Of a stretch of 64,000 nt of DNA, positions 8,683 through 18,406 are shown piece by piece (the first letter of the stretch is position 1; each line of letters opens with the position of its first letter). Position numbers and translations under genes: made by a program. A model generated the notes under the pieces. The model made no database searches. It was not told where the DNA came from and saw only the letters and a program-made list of their open reading frames with translations. The stretch is taken from assembly GCA_051251915.1 (NCBI GenBank), contig JBPOGF010000013.1, positions 1-64,000 on the forward strand. The letters are read 5' to 3'. The DNA is from Akkermansiaceae bacterium (lineage in GTDB: Bacteria > Verrucomicrobiota > Verrucomicrobiia > Verrucomicrobiales > Akkermansiaceae).

Positions 8683-9849
8683 ATGAAATCAATGATCACA
8701 TCCAGCGTCATCGCACTAAGCACGCTCACCATCACCAGCTCCATCCTCACAGCTCAGGCACCAGCAGCAGTAAACCCTGAAGCACCCTATCTATCTCTCC
8801 GTCTAGAAATGGAAAACGCCATTAAGACCGGTAACCAATACCTGAAAAGCGTCCAAAATGAGCAAGGATTCTGGAAAGACGACACCATCCCAGCCTACAC
8901 AGCTCTTGCCATCACAGCAGCCATGCGCGCGCCAGATCTAGCAGCCTCAAACACTCCAGCACACATCAAACCAGCATACAAATGGCTGCTCAGCACCCAG
9001 CACGAGACCGGTGCAGTCTACGTAAAAGGCCTCGCTACTTACAATACAGCAACCAGCATCATGGCACTCGCCGCATCTGGTGACCCAGCTCACAAAGACC
9101 CCATCCTCAAGGCCCGCGCATTCCTCATCAGCCAACAGGCAGACTACTCTACAAACCAAGCAATGAATAAATACCATGGCGGCATAGGCTACGGCGGCAG
9201 CCACCCGCACTCAGATATGTCGAACACCTATCTATCCATCGAAGCCATAAAAATTTCCGAAGTCTACGCCAAAGACTCCGAGGTAGAAAAACAACCAGAA
9301 CTAGACTGGGACAGAGCACTTCAGTTCATCTCACGCTGCCAAAACCTAGAAGCCACCAATGACCAACCCGGCATCGGCAACGATGGCTCCATGGTCTACT
9401 TCCCCGGAAACTCCAAAACAGAAAACATCGAGAATCCAGACGGCACCACCACCCTCAGAGGCTACGGCTCCATCTCCTACGCCGGCCTCCTCTCCATGGT
9501 CTACGCTGACCTAGGAAAAGACGACCCACGAGTAGCCGCAGTCACAGACTGGCTCAACAACAACTATACCGTCAAAGAAAACCCAGGCATGGGGCTCCAA
9601 GGACTCTACTACTACTTCAACGTCATGGCTAAAGCTCTAACAGCCGCCAACATCGACACCATCACCACCAAAGATGGCAAGAAAATAGACTGGCGCCAAG
9701 AACTAGCCAAAACCCTCCTCACCGCCCAACGCGAAGACGGCTCATGGGTCAACAAAAACAGCCGCTGGTGGGAAAACCAACCAGAACTAGTAACCTGCTA
9801 CGCCGTCCTGACCCTAGAACAAATCCACGCCTCCATCCCCAAAAAGTAA
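8683..9849 (+). CDS. Exported prenyltransferase/squalene-oxidase repeat (alpha/alpha barrel) protein
   Basis: QW-like repeats YLKSVQNEQGFW, WLLSTQHETG, LLTAQREDGSW; signal peptide. Confidence 0.8.
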   Translation: MKSMITSSVIALSTLTITSSILTAQAPAAVNPEAPYLSLRLEMENAIKTGNQYLKSVQNEQGFWKDDTIPAYTALAITAAMRAPDLAASNTPAHIKPAYKWLLSTQHETGAVYVKGLATYNTATSIMALAASGDPAHKDPILKARAFLISQQADYSTNQAMNKYHGGIGYGGSHPHSDMSNTYLSIEAIKISEVYAKDSEVEKQPELDWDRALQFISRCQNLEATNDQPGIGNDGSMVYFPGNSKTENIENPDGTTTLRGYGSISYAGLLSMVYADLGKDDPRVAAVTDWLNNNYTVKENPGMGLQGLYYYFNVMAKALTAANIDTITTKDGKKIDWRQELAKTLLTAQREDGSWVNKNSRWWENQPELVTCYAVLTLEQIHASIPKK

Positions 9850-9873
9850 AACGACACCTCGTCGCTTACTTCC

Positions 9874-10098
9874 CTACTTTGAAAACAACTTTTCAAAAAG
9901 AGACTCAGCAAGAGCTTCACCCTCCTCACTAAACACCACTGATTTATTCCTAGATTCTGGATTAGAAATATATCCTTTTTCATGTAGCCTATCCATCACC
10001 TCCCAAGGCATAGACTTCCAAACTCTCCCATCCCCAACCGAATTCAATAACAAAAGCGCCAACACAACCTCATCGGCTTTATCCTCATCATAGTCCAT
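9874..10098 (-). CDS. DUF6429-like small protein
   Basis: WKSMPWEVMDRLHEKGYISNP...KSVVFSEEG pattern. Confidence 0.75.
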   Translation of the reverse strand: MDYDEDKADEVVLALLLLNSVGDGRVWKSMPWEVMDRLHEKGYISNPESRNKSVVFSEEGEALAESLFEKLFSK

Positions 10099-10183
10099 GA
10101 GTGTATGATGGCATAAATATGACTATTTTTCAGTAGAATTAATAGCCTCAATTAGTACTCCATTCTATCTAATGCCCCTCGCG

Positions 10184-11548
10184 TCACTTCCCAATACAAA
10201 ACGCCCCAAAGATAGCATCAAAAATTTCTTCCGTATCAACCCTCCCTGCAACTTCTCCAATAGCCTCCAGCGCATCCCGTAAATCTAGCGCCACAAACTC
10301 CGCCCCCACAGACAGAGCCAGCCCTTCTCGCGCAGCAGCAAGAGCAACTTTCCCTCGATTCAAACACTCCTGATGACGAGCATTAATCGCTACAGCGTGC
10401 CCACCCCAGGCATTTTCACTCAGCAAAAGCTCATCAGCTATCTTATTTCCTAGCAGATCCAACCCCGCTTCATCAGCTGAATCACCTTTACAAGAAATCT
10501 TCACCCCATCAGCATCCTTCCAAAAATCATCCACCCCAAGGTCATTTTTATTAATCACCAAAACATGCTTCCTCCCACCAATCTGCTCATCAGTCAAAAG
10601 CCGTTTCCCAGACTTAGACCCATCCACTACCTCAATAATCAAATCCGCTAACTCAATCTGCTGCTCAGAACGAATAATCCCCTGCTGCTCAATCTTATCC
10701 TCAGAAACCCTCACTCCCGCAGTATCAATCAACCGCAACGGAATTCCCTGAATGTTCACCACTTCCTCCACAGTATCCCGCGTAGTCCCCTCCACATCAC
10801 TCACAATCGCCCGCTCATAACCCAACAGCCCATTTAACAAACTAGACTTACCCACATTTGGCTCACCACAAATCACAGTCCGCACCCCCTCACGCAATAT
10901 CCTCCCCTGCTCAGCAGTAGACAACATCTGATCAATCCCTAACAAAACCTCATCAATCCGCTTCAACATCGCCGCCCCAGTATCAGGATCAATATCCTCA
11001 TCAGGAAAATCAATAAACGCCTCAACATGCGCCACCACCCCTATCAACTTCTCCCTTAACGCCTCACTCTGGTCCCCCAACTTCCCCTGCATCTGCTCAT
11101 GCGCCGCCCGCATCGCTAAATCCGTCTGCGCTGAAATCAAATCCATGATCGCCTCAGCCTGAGTTAAATCTAACTTCCCATTCTCAAAAGCACGCCTACT
11201 AAACTCCCCCGGTTCCGCCGACCGCGCACCACACTCTAACAACCGCTCCAGCACCCGCCGCGTCACCAGCACACCACCATGGCACGCCAGCTCCACCACA
11301 TTTTCCCCCGTAAAACTCCGCGGATTCCTGAACACCGTCGCCAGCACCTCATCGATCACATCGCCAGTTTTAGAAATCACCTTGCATAACGTCGCATACC
11401 GCTCAGCGGCATTCTCCAGCCCACCTCTACACCGCACCGCATCAGCAGATATCGCCACAGCCTCAGGCCCAGAAATCCGAATCAAAGACACAGCACCCAC
11501 GCCAGGCGCAGATGCTATCGCAGCAACAGTTGTAGAAGTAGCACTCAT
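10184..11548 (-). CDS. mnmE: tRNA modification GTPase MnmE
   Basis: SFTGENVVELACHGG, GEPNVGKSS, GTTRD, DTAG, C-terminal FCIGK. Confidence 0.98.
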   Translation of the reverse strand: MSATSTTVAAIASAPGVGAVSLIRISGPEAVAISADAVRCRGGLENAAERYATLCKVISKTGDVIDEVLATVFRNPRSFTGENVVELACHGGVLVTRRVLERLLECGARSAEPGEFSRRAFENGKLDLTQAEAIMDLISAQTDLAMRAAHEQMQGKLGDQSEALREKLIGVVAHVEAFIDFPDEDIDPDTGAAMLKRIDEVLLGIDQMLSTAEQGRILREGVRTVICGEPNVGKSSLLNGLLGYERAIVSDVEGTTRDTVEEVVNIQGIPLRLIDTAGVRVSEDKIEQQGIIRSEQQIELADLIIEVVDGSKSGKRLLTDEQIGGRKHVLVINKNDLGVDDFWKDADGVKISCKGDSADEAGLDLLGNKIADELLLSENAWGGHAVAINARHQECLNRGKVALAAAREGLALSVGAEFVALDLRDALEAIGEVAGRVDTEEIFDAIFGAFCIGK

Positions 11549-12646
11549 TTAAAATGTTGCCAAAACAGACTTCATCACGCTCAAACAACGCTCATTCTCA
11601 GCCTTCGTCCCCACAGAGATTCTCACCCAGCCAGGAAGTTTATATCCACGCATCGCTCGCACAATAACCCCCTGCTTCAGCATCTCCGCAAACAAACGAT
11701 CACCATCACCCACATTCACCAGCACAAAGTTAGCCCTACTCGGCACATACTCCAGCCCCATCTCTTGAAATGATGACTCATAATACGCCAAACCTTCCGC
11801 ATTGTTAGAAACCGTAGCCTCCACATGCGCCTTATCCGCCAGCGAAGCCAACGCCGCACGCTGAGCCACCTCATTCGTATTAAATGGCTGCCTCGCCTTC
11901 TGTAAAATAGCCGTCACCTGAGGAGCGCCCAAACCATAACCAATCCGAAGACCCGCTAAACCATAAGCCTTAGAAAACGTCCTCAAAACAATCACATTCC
12001 TACCCTCTCTAACATACTTCAACGTATCAGGTGCATCACTCACAAACTCAAAATACGCCTCATCAAAAACCACAACCACATGATCCGGAACCTTCGCCAT
12101 GAAACGGTCTATCGTCTCCTCATCCACAATCGTCCCAGTCGGGTTATTCGGATTCGCAATAAACAACAACCGCGTCTCATCAGTCACCGCCGCAGCCATC
12201 GCATCCAAATCATGAACAAAATTAGGATCAGGAACCTCCACATAATTCGCTCCAAACAAAGTAGCCATCAACTTATAAACCACAAAAGCATGCTCAGCCG
12301 CAATCAACGCCGCACCATCATTCAAAAAACAATGGCACAACAACTCAATAATCTCATTCGATCCATTCCCAAGCACCACATTCTCCAGCCCTAAATCATA
12401 CTTCTCAGCCAATGCAGAACGTAATTTATAGCCACCACCATCAGGATAAATATGCATATCCGTAGCTGCCCCACGAATCGCATCCAATGCCATAGGAGCT
12501 GGCCCCAGCGGATTCTCATTCGAAGCCACCTTCACAATAGTCTCAGGATCTAGCCCAAGCTCCCTCGCTGTCTCCTCAATCGGTTTCCCCGGCTCGTAAG
12601 CCACTAGATCGCATACAAATTGGTTCGCAAATTTCTCTATCTTCAT
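11549..12646 (-). CDS. hisC: Histidinol-phosphate aminotransferase
   Basis: ASNENPLG, NPNNPTG, DEAY, LRTFSKAYGLAGLRIGY. Confidence 0.96.
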   Translation of the reverse strand: MKIEKFANQFVCDLVAYEPGKPIEETARELGLDPETIVKVASNENPLGPAPMALDAIRGAATDMHIYPDGGGYKLRSALAEKYDLGLENVVLGNGSNEIIELLCHCFLNDGAALIAAEHAFVVYKLMATLFGANYVEVPDPNFVHDLDAMAAAVTDETRLLFIANPNNPTGTIVDEETIDRFMAKVPDHVVVVFDEAYFEFVSDAPDTLKYVREGRNVIVLRTFSKAYGLAGLRIGYGLGAPQVTAILQKARQPFNTNEVAQRAALASLADKAHVEATVSNNAEGLAYYESSFQEMGLEYVPSRANFVLVNVGDGDRLFAEMLKQGVIVRAMRGYKLPGWVRISVGTKAENERCLSVMKSVLATF

Positions 12647-12653
12647 GACGCGA

Positions 12654-12681
12654 AGACTAGCGAATGAACGCTCAGGTGCAA
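12654..12681 (-). promoter_or_regulatory. Putative sigma70 promoter of hisC-mnmE (leaderless)
   Basis: TTGCAC-N16-TAGTCT-N7-ATG. Confidence 0.5.
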
Positions 12682-12826
12682 GTCTCTATTACAGCCATCT
12701 CATACACAAAAAAAACGAGAAGCATTGAGCAACCCACAAGCTTCTAGAACAATCCCAAAATGGAATCCTCACGCTTGCGGCTCCCCGCTTCTCGCTTCCT
12801 GCTTCCCGCGTTTAGGGGAATACCTT

Positions 12827-13519
12827 CTACTTCAATTCCTTAATTCTAATATTACGGAAACTATAAGTCTTACCTTTCTCACCATGATGCTGAATCCCAA
12901 TATGGCCTGCAGCATCCTTGTCATCATGAAGATCAGTAGTCACTTCACCATTCACCCATACCTGCAAATGATCACCATTTGCCACGATACGATACTTGAT
13001 CCACTCGCCTAATGGAGCTTGCACTGACTTAGTAATTTTCTTTTGCTCTTCAGTTAACAGATCCCATCTACGACGACCTTCATCATAAAGTCTACCAGTA
13101 TAAGCGCGCTTAGTTGGGTCACACTCAGCTTGGTAACCCCAGATCTTATGTTTCCCTGCATCCTTATCCACGTGACAACGATACATCACCCCACTATTCG
13201 CAGGTCCCACAGCAGGAAGCATGATCTCCACCTCTAACTCAAAATTAGCAAACGTCTTCTCAGTAGTTAGGAAGAACTTCTTATCTCCAGTAAGCTCAAT
13301 AACACCATCAACCACTTTTGCATCTCCAAAGCCATACACATTCTGCCAGCCTTTAAGATCCTTACCATTAAATAAATCTACCCACTCTCCCTCTCTCGCC
13401 GCCTCAACCTTAGCCTCGTAGGCTTCCTTCACAGGCTCTTCCATCGTTTTCTGCGCAGATACACTCCCAGCAGCCAAACTAAACATCAGCCCCATTCCCA
13501 ATAATTTGTGTTTTGTCAT
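12827..13519 (-). CDS. DUF1080 (3-keto-disaccharide hydrolase-like) exported protein
   Basis: WVDLFNGKDLKGW, NSGVMYR, GHIGIQHHG...FRNIRIKEL. Confidence 0.92.
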   Translation of the reverse strand: MTKHKLLGMGLMFSLAAGSVSAQKTMEEPVKEAYEAKVEAAREGEWVDLFNGKDLKGWQNVYGFGDAKVVDGVIELTGDKKFFLTTEKTFANFELEVEIMLPAVGPANSGVMYRCHVDKDAGKHKIWGYQAECDPTKRAYTGRLYDEGRRRWDLLTEEQKKITKSVQAPLGEWIKYRIVANGDHLQVWVNGEVTTDLHDDKDAAGHIGIQHHGEKGKTYSFRNIRIKELK

Positions 13520-13589
13520 ATCTACTAGTTAAGTGGGAAATTAGCCGAAATCAAATAAAAAACTCAGCCCCAGCAGAATCCACTTCATA

Positions 13590-13629
13590 CTGACCAAATA
13601 TGAAACGAATCCTGACCAGTTATGAAACG
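13590..13629 (+). repeat. 18-bp imperfect direct repeat with 22-bp period, candidate regulator binding site
   Basis: CTGACCAAATATGAAACG (13590-13607) and CTGACCAGTTATGAAACG (13612-13629). Confidence 0.7.
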
Positions 13630-13674
13630 CTCATATTTTCTTTACATCGGTAGGTTCTATTTTAAATTTCTTTC

Positions 13675-13818
13675 ATGATTAAACGTATTATCACACTAAC
13701 AGCAGTCGTAGCAGCCCTCACCACTACATCATGCAACACCTTCGTCGGTGTAGGTCAAGATGTTCAGAAACTAGGTACTAGTGTCCAAAACACGGCAATA
13801 CGCACCAGCCAACGATAA
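13675..13818 (+). CDS. Entericidin EcnA/B family small lipoprotein (47 aa, not in ORF track)
   Basis: MIKRIITLTAVVAALTTTSCNTFVGVGQDVQKLGTSVQNTAIRTSQR: lipobox Cys followed by NTxxGxGxDV. Confidence 0.85.
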   Translation: MIKRIITLTAVVAALTTTSCNTFVGVGQDVQKLGTSVQNTAIRTSQR

Positions 13819-13915
13819 CTAATACCCAGAAAAACTCATTCTCACCGAAGGCATGCTGGTTATCCCTGTATGCCTTCTTTTTGTTTCAAAATAAACCCAA
13901 CTTACGATTAAACCC

Positions 13916-15331
13916 ATGAAAACCACAATCAAATTCAAACTATTAACCCTACTCACTAGCTTCTCACTCGCTAGTATAGTAACAGCTGACACCAAGACCC
14001 CAAACGTCATTATGCTCATGAGCGATGACCAAGGCTGGGGAGACGTCGGCTTCAACGGCAATAAAGATCTGCACACACCACACCTTGACAACATGGCAAA
14101 AGAAGGTGTCAAGTTTGACCGCTTCTACGCCTCCGCACCACTCTGCTCCCCCACCCGCGGCAGCTGTCTCACTGGGAGATACCCATTCAGATACGGCATC
14201 CTAGCAGCCCACACTGGCGGCATGCGCGTCGGAGAAATCACCGTAGCAGAAGCACTCAAAAAACAAGGCTACGCTACCGGCTTCTTCGGAAAATGGCACA
14301 TCGGCTGGGTCAAGCCAGAAGAAGTTAGCACTCGCGGATACTACTCACCTCCATCACACCACGGGTTTGATGAATATTTCGCCACCACCAGCGCTGTCCC
14401 AACATGGGATCCAGGAGTCACTCCTAAAGGATGGTCCAAATGGGGCTCAGAAGAAGGTGGCACTTGGAAAGGAGGCTTCCCATATGTCCACAATGGAGAA
14501 CTCGCTAAAGATAACATCTCAGGTGATGACAGCCGCGTCATCATGGATCGCGTCATCCCATTCATCGAGGCAAACAAAGACAAACCCTTCCTCGCCACTG
14601 TCTGGTTCCACACCCCTCACGAGCCAGTCGTAGCAGGTCCAGAATACAAAAAACGCTACTCAAAACACGGCGAACTCAAACAGAACTACTACGGATGCAT
14701 CACCGCCATGGATGATCAGATCGGTAGACTCAGAGCAAAACTAACAGAACTAAACCTCTCAGATAACACCATCATCTTCTTCTGCAGCGATAACGGCCCA
14801 GCCGACCCATTAGTTAAAAAAGACGCCGCATCAGCAGGCCCATTCAAAGGACATAAACACCAAATGTACGAAGGCGGAATCCTCGTCCCAGCATGCGTCG
14901 TTTGGCCAGGGAAAATCAAACCACTAGAGACTTCAGTAAGATGCTCAACCATCGACTTCTTCCCAACCATCGCCAAAATCTCCGGCTACAAGCTACCTAG
15001 CAAAGACAACCGCCCTATCGACGGCATCGACCTCATGCCCATCATCACAGGAGAAGTAAAATCCCGTGAAACAGATCTCTACTTCGGCTACCGCAGACTC
15101 ATCTCCGGCATCGATGGTAAAAGCATCATTCGAGGAGATTACAAGCTCCTCCGCGAAGCCACCAAAGGCAACAAATCCCGCCTCAGACTCTATGACCTAA
15201 GCAAGGACCCATACGAGAAAAAAGACCTCGCTGACCGCATGTCCGCAAAAGTAAAAGACCTCAGTGAAGCCCTCAAAAAAATAGAGCACAGCTGCCAACT
15301 AAGCCGCGACGGAGCAGACTACAAATATTAA
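13916..15331 (+). CDS. Sulfatase (S1, formylglycine-dependent)
   Basis: SDDQGWGD, CSPTRG, GKWHIG, SDNGP; signal peptide. Confidence 0.95.
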   Translation: MKTTIKFKLLTLLTSFSLASIVTADTKTPNVIMLMSDDQGWGDVGFNGNKDLHTPHLDNMAKEGVKFDRFYASAPLCSPTRGSCLTGRYPFRYGILAAHTGGMRVGEITVAEALKKQGYATGFFGKWHIGWVKPEEVSTRGYYSPPSHHGFDEYFATTSAVPTWDPGVTPKGWSKWGSEEGGTWKGGFPYVHNGELAKDNISGDDSRVIMDRVIPFIEANKDKPFLATVWFHTPHEPVVAGPEYKKRYSKHGELKQNYYGCITAMDDQIGRLRAKLTELNLSDNTIIFFCSDNGPADPLVKKDAASAGPFKGHKHQMYEGGILVPACVVWPGKIKPLETSVRCSTIDFFPTIAKISGYKLPSKDNRPIDGIDLMPIITGEVKSRETDLYFGYRRLISGIDGKSIIRGDYKLLREATKGNKSRLRLYDLSKDPYEKKDLADRMSAKVKDLSEALKKIEHSCQLSRDGADYKY

Positions 15332-15489
15332 TAGCTCAACACAACTCCACAGCCGCGAAAGGTAGCGGCAGCAAACCCCACGTAGCCGCCACCTCTACGG
15401 GCTCATAAGAATGAAACCGACTTAACATAATTCCCAAAAAGAACCTTGCACCATGCAGTCAAGGTTCCTAAGGTGGCGCAGCTTACGTC

Positions 15490-16254
15490 ATGGACGCGAT
15501 TTCTGATACTACAACACACGTTATTGGGATGATTCCAGCTCGTTGGGCTTCTACACGTTTCCCTGGGAAACCTCTCCATATCATTGCTGGTAAACCTTTG
15601 GTTCAGCATGTCTGGGAACGTTGTCAGAACTGCTCGAATCTGGATAGCATCATTGTCGCTACTGATGACGAGCGTATTTCGGCCGCTGCTCAGGAGTTTG
15701 GCGCGGAAGTGGTGATGACTTCTCCTGATCATCCCTCTGGCACCGACCGGCTTGCTGAAGCCGCGGCGAAATTTCCCCACGCCACGCACATTATCAATAT
15801 CCAAGGCGATGAACCAATGATCGAGCCAACCCTCATCGATGAACTCGCCAGCGCACTCCTCGCAGATTCTGATCTCGCCATAGCAACAGCCGCCAATGTC
15901 TTCACTGAAGACACGCTAATCAACGATCCAAACGTAGTCAAAGTGGTGCTCAAGTTAAACGGTGACGCACTCTATTTTTCCCGCAGCCCACTCCCCTACA
16001 GACGTTCAGCCAGCCCAGAGCTTACACTCTACCGCCACAAAGGAATCTATGCCTACAGAAGAGATTTCCTTGCAAATTTCGTCACATGGAGTCCATCACC
16101 TCTTGAACTTGCAGAAAGTCTAGAGCAGCTCCGGGCACTAGAAAACGGAGCACGCATTAAAGTCATCATCACTGACGACATCTCCGGTGGAATCGATACA
16201 CTGGAGCAAGCAAACGAACTCGAAACTTTCTTAGCTCAACAAAACAAGATCTAA
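15490..16254 (+). CDS. kdsB: 3-deoxy-manno-octulosonate cytidylyltransferase
   Basis: IPARWASTRFPGKPL, SGTDR, NIQGDEP, ESLEQLRALENG. Confidence 0.97.
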   Translation: MDAISDTTTHVIGMIPARWASTRFPGKPLHIIAGKPLVQHVWERCQNCSNLDSIIVATDDERISAAAQEFGAEVVMTSPDHPSGTDRLAEAAAKFPHATHIINIQGDEPMIEPTLIDELASALLADSDLAIATAANVFTEDTLINDPNVVKVVLKLNGDALYFSRSPLPYRRSASPELTLYRHKGIYAYRRDFLANFVTWSPSPLELAESLEQLRALENGARIKVIITDDISGGIDTLEQANELETFLAQQNKI

Positions 16255-16286
16255 CAATACTCATTTTTTTACCACATTCAATCATC

Positions 16287-17915
16287 ATGGCACACCCTAC
16301 AAAATATATTTTCGTCACTGGCGGAGTCGTTTCCTCACTAGGAAAAGGACTCGCAGCAGCTTCACTCGGCACACTTCTGGAGCACCGCGGACTCGATGTC
16401 CTCATCCAAAAGTTTGATCCCTACCTCAACGTAGACCCTGGCACAATGTCACCATTCCAGCACGGCGAAGTCTACGTCCTCGCAGATGGCGCAGAGACAG
16501 ACCTCGACCTCGGCCACTACGAGAGATTCACTAACTGCGAGTGCACACGCCTCAATAACCTTACATCTGGTCAAGTCTTCGAAAACGTCATCAACAACGA
16601 ACGCGCAGGAAAATACCTCGGCAAAACCGTCCAGTTCATCCCACACTGCACAGACATCATCAAAGAGCGCATCCGCCAGGTAACTCTATCTAGTGATGCA
16701 GACGTCATCATCACAGAAATCGGTGGCACCACAGGAGATATCGAAGGTCACCTCTTCCTAGAAGCCCTCCGCCAGTTCGCTCTCGAAGTAGGCAGACCTA
16801 ACGTTTGCTCCATCCATGTCACTCTCCTCCCATTCATCGCCGCAGCAGGAGAAATCAAAACCAAACCAACCCAGCAATCAGTCGCCAAACTCCGTGAAAT
16901 CGGCATCCAGCCAGACATCATCGTCTGCCGTACTGAGCATGACCTAGACGAAGACAACAAAGCAAAAATCGCCATGTTCTGTAACGTTGAAGCCAAAAAC
17001 GTAGTAGCCTTCCGTGACGTAGCTCACACCATTTACGAATGCCCACTAGATCTCCGCAGAGACAAACTTGACCGCCTCGTTTCAGACCGTCTAGGCCTAG
17101 AATCAGTCACCCCAGACCTAGAAGAATGGCGCCGCTTCGTTGACCGTGTCATCAACCCCACTCACGAGATTAACATCGCAGTCTGTGGCAAATACATCGA
17201 ACTCAACGATGCCTACAAATCCATCTACGAATCACTCACCCACGCCGGCGCACACCATGACACCCGCGTCAATGTCCACAAAGTAGATGCAGAAAGAATC
17301 GCAGAAGAAGGCCCAGCCACACTACTAAAAGACATGGACGGAATCCTTATCCCTGGTGGATTCGGTGACCGCGGAACAGAAGGCAAAATCGTCGCAGCCA
17401 CATTCGCCCGTCAGAACAAAGTCCCATACTTCGGCATCTGCCTCGGTATGCAAATCGCCACCATCGAATACGCACGTAACGTCTGCGGCCTAGAAAACGC
17501 AAACTCCACAGAATTCGATAAAGACACCGCCCACCCAGTCATCTGCCTCCAAGAAGAACAGAAAAAACTCACCACCATGGGAGGCAACATGCGCCTCGGC
17601 ACATCAGACGCTAACCTCAGCCCAGGAACCAGAGCACAAGAACTCTACAACGGAGCTGAAACAATCACTGAACGCCACCGCCACAGATACGAATTCAACC
17701 CAGAATACTGCGAACAACTAGAAAATGCAGGCCTCAAAATCAGTGGCGTCTCAGCTAAAGAAGGCCTCGTAGAAATCGTGGAAATCACAGATCACCCATT
17801 CTACATCGGTGCCCAGTTCCACCCAGAATTCCAGTCCCGCCCTAACAAACCACACCCCATCTTCGCCGGATTTGTTCAAGCTGGCCTAGATCACGCCGCG
17901 GCAAACAAAGCATAA
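16287..17915 (+). CDS. pyrG: CTP synthase
   Basis: TGGVVSSLGKG, DPGTMSPFQHGEV, GICLGMQ, RHRHRYE, QFHPEF. Confidence 0.99.
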   Translation: MAHPTKYIFVTGGVVSSLGKGLAAASLGTLLEHRGLDVLIQKFDPYLNVDPGTMSPFQHGEVYVLADGAETDLDLGHYERFTNCECTRLNNLTSGQVFENVINNERAGKYLGKTVQFIPHCTDIIKERIRQVTLSSDADVIITEIGGTTGDIEGHLFLEALRQFALEVGRPNVCSIHVTLLPFIAAAGEIKTKPTQQSVAKLREIGIQPDIIVCRTEHDLDEDNKAKIAMFCNVEAKNVVAFRDVAHTIYECPLDLRRDKLDRLVSDRLGLESVTPDLEEWRRFVDRVINPTHEINIAVCGKYIELNDAYKSIYESLTHAGAHHDTRVNVHKVDAERIAEEGPATLLKDMDGILIPGGFGDRGTEGKIVAATFARQNKVPYFGICLGMQIATIEYARNVCGLENANSTEFDKDTAHPVICLQEEQKKLTTMGGNMRLGTSDANLSPGTRAQELYNGAETITERHRHRYEFNPEYCEQLENAGLKISGVSAKEGLVEIVEITDHPFYIGAQFHPEFQSRPNKPHPIFAGFVQAGLDHAAANKA

Positions 17916-17942
17916 CAACCCAATAACCAACAACTACCCCTC

Positions 17943-18398
17943 ATGTCTATCGAATCTAAAATCAACGAACTCGGATACACCCTCCCAGAAGTCCCCGCAC
18001 CAGCCGGCTCTTATGTGAACTACACCCGCTCAGGAAACCTACTTTTCCTCGCAGGTGGCATCCCACCAGTCACCGATGAATTCACCGGCAAAGTCCCTAC
18101 AGCCACCACAGTAGAAACCGCTCAAGAAGCCGCCCGCATCATCACCCTCAACCGACTCGCCGTAGTAAAAGAAGCAGTCGGATCACTAGACAAAGTAAAG
18201 CAAATCGTCACCGTCAACGGCTTCGTTAACTCAGAGCCAGACTTCTACGGTCACCCATCCGTCATCAATGGCTGCTCAGATCTCCTAGTAGAAATATTCG
18301 GTGACAAAGGCATCCACTCACGCACCGCCATGGGTGCCGCAGCTCTACCACTCAATGTCTCAGTCGAGATCAACATGGTAGTTGAAGTCGAAGACTAA
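17943..18398 (+). CDS. RidA/YjgF family protein
   Basis: SVINGCSDLLVEIFGDKGIHSRTAMG...LPLNVSVEI. Confidence 0.9.
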   Translation: MSIESKINELGYTLPEVPAPAGSYVNYTRSGNLLFLAGGIPPVTDEFTGKVPTATTVETAQEAARIITLNRLAVVKEAVGSLDKVKQIVTVNGFVNSEPDFYGHPSVINGCSDLLVEIFGDKGIHSRTAMGAAALPLNVSVEINMVVEVED

Positions 18399-18406
18399 TC
18401 ACCACC

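Noticed and set aside
8683..9849. Squalene-hopene cyclase
   Set aside because: Only 388 aa (single barrel), has a signal peptide and lacks the DxDD motif
13590..13629. CRISPR array
   Set aside because: Only two 18-bp units 4 nt apart; no spacers and no cas genes in the window
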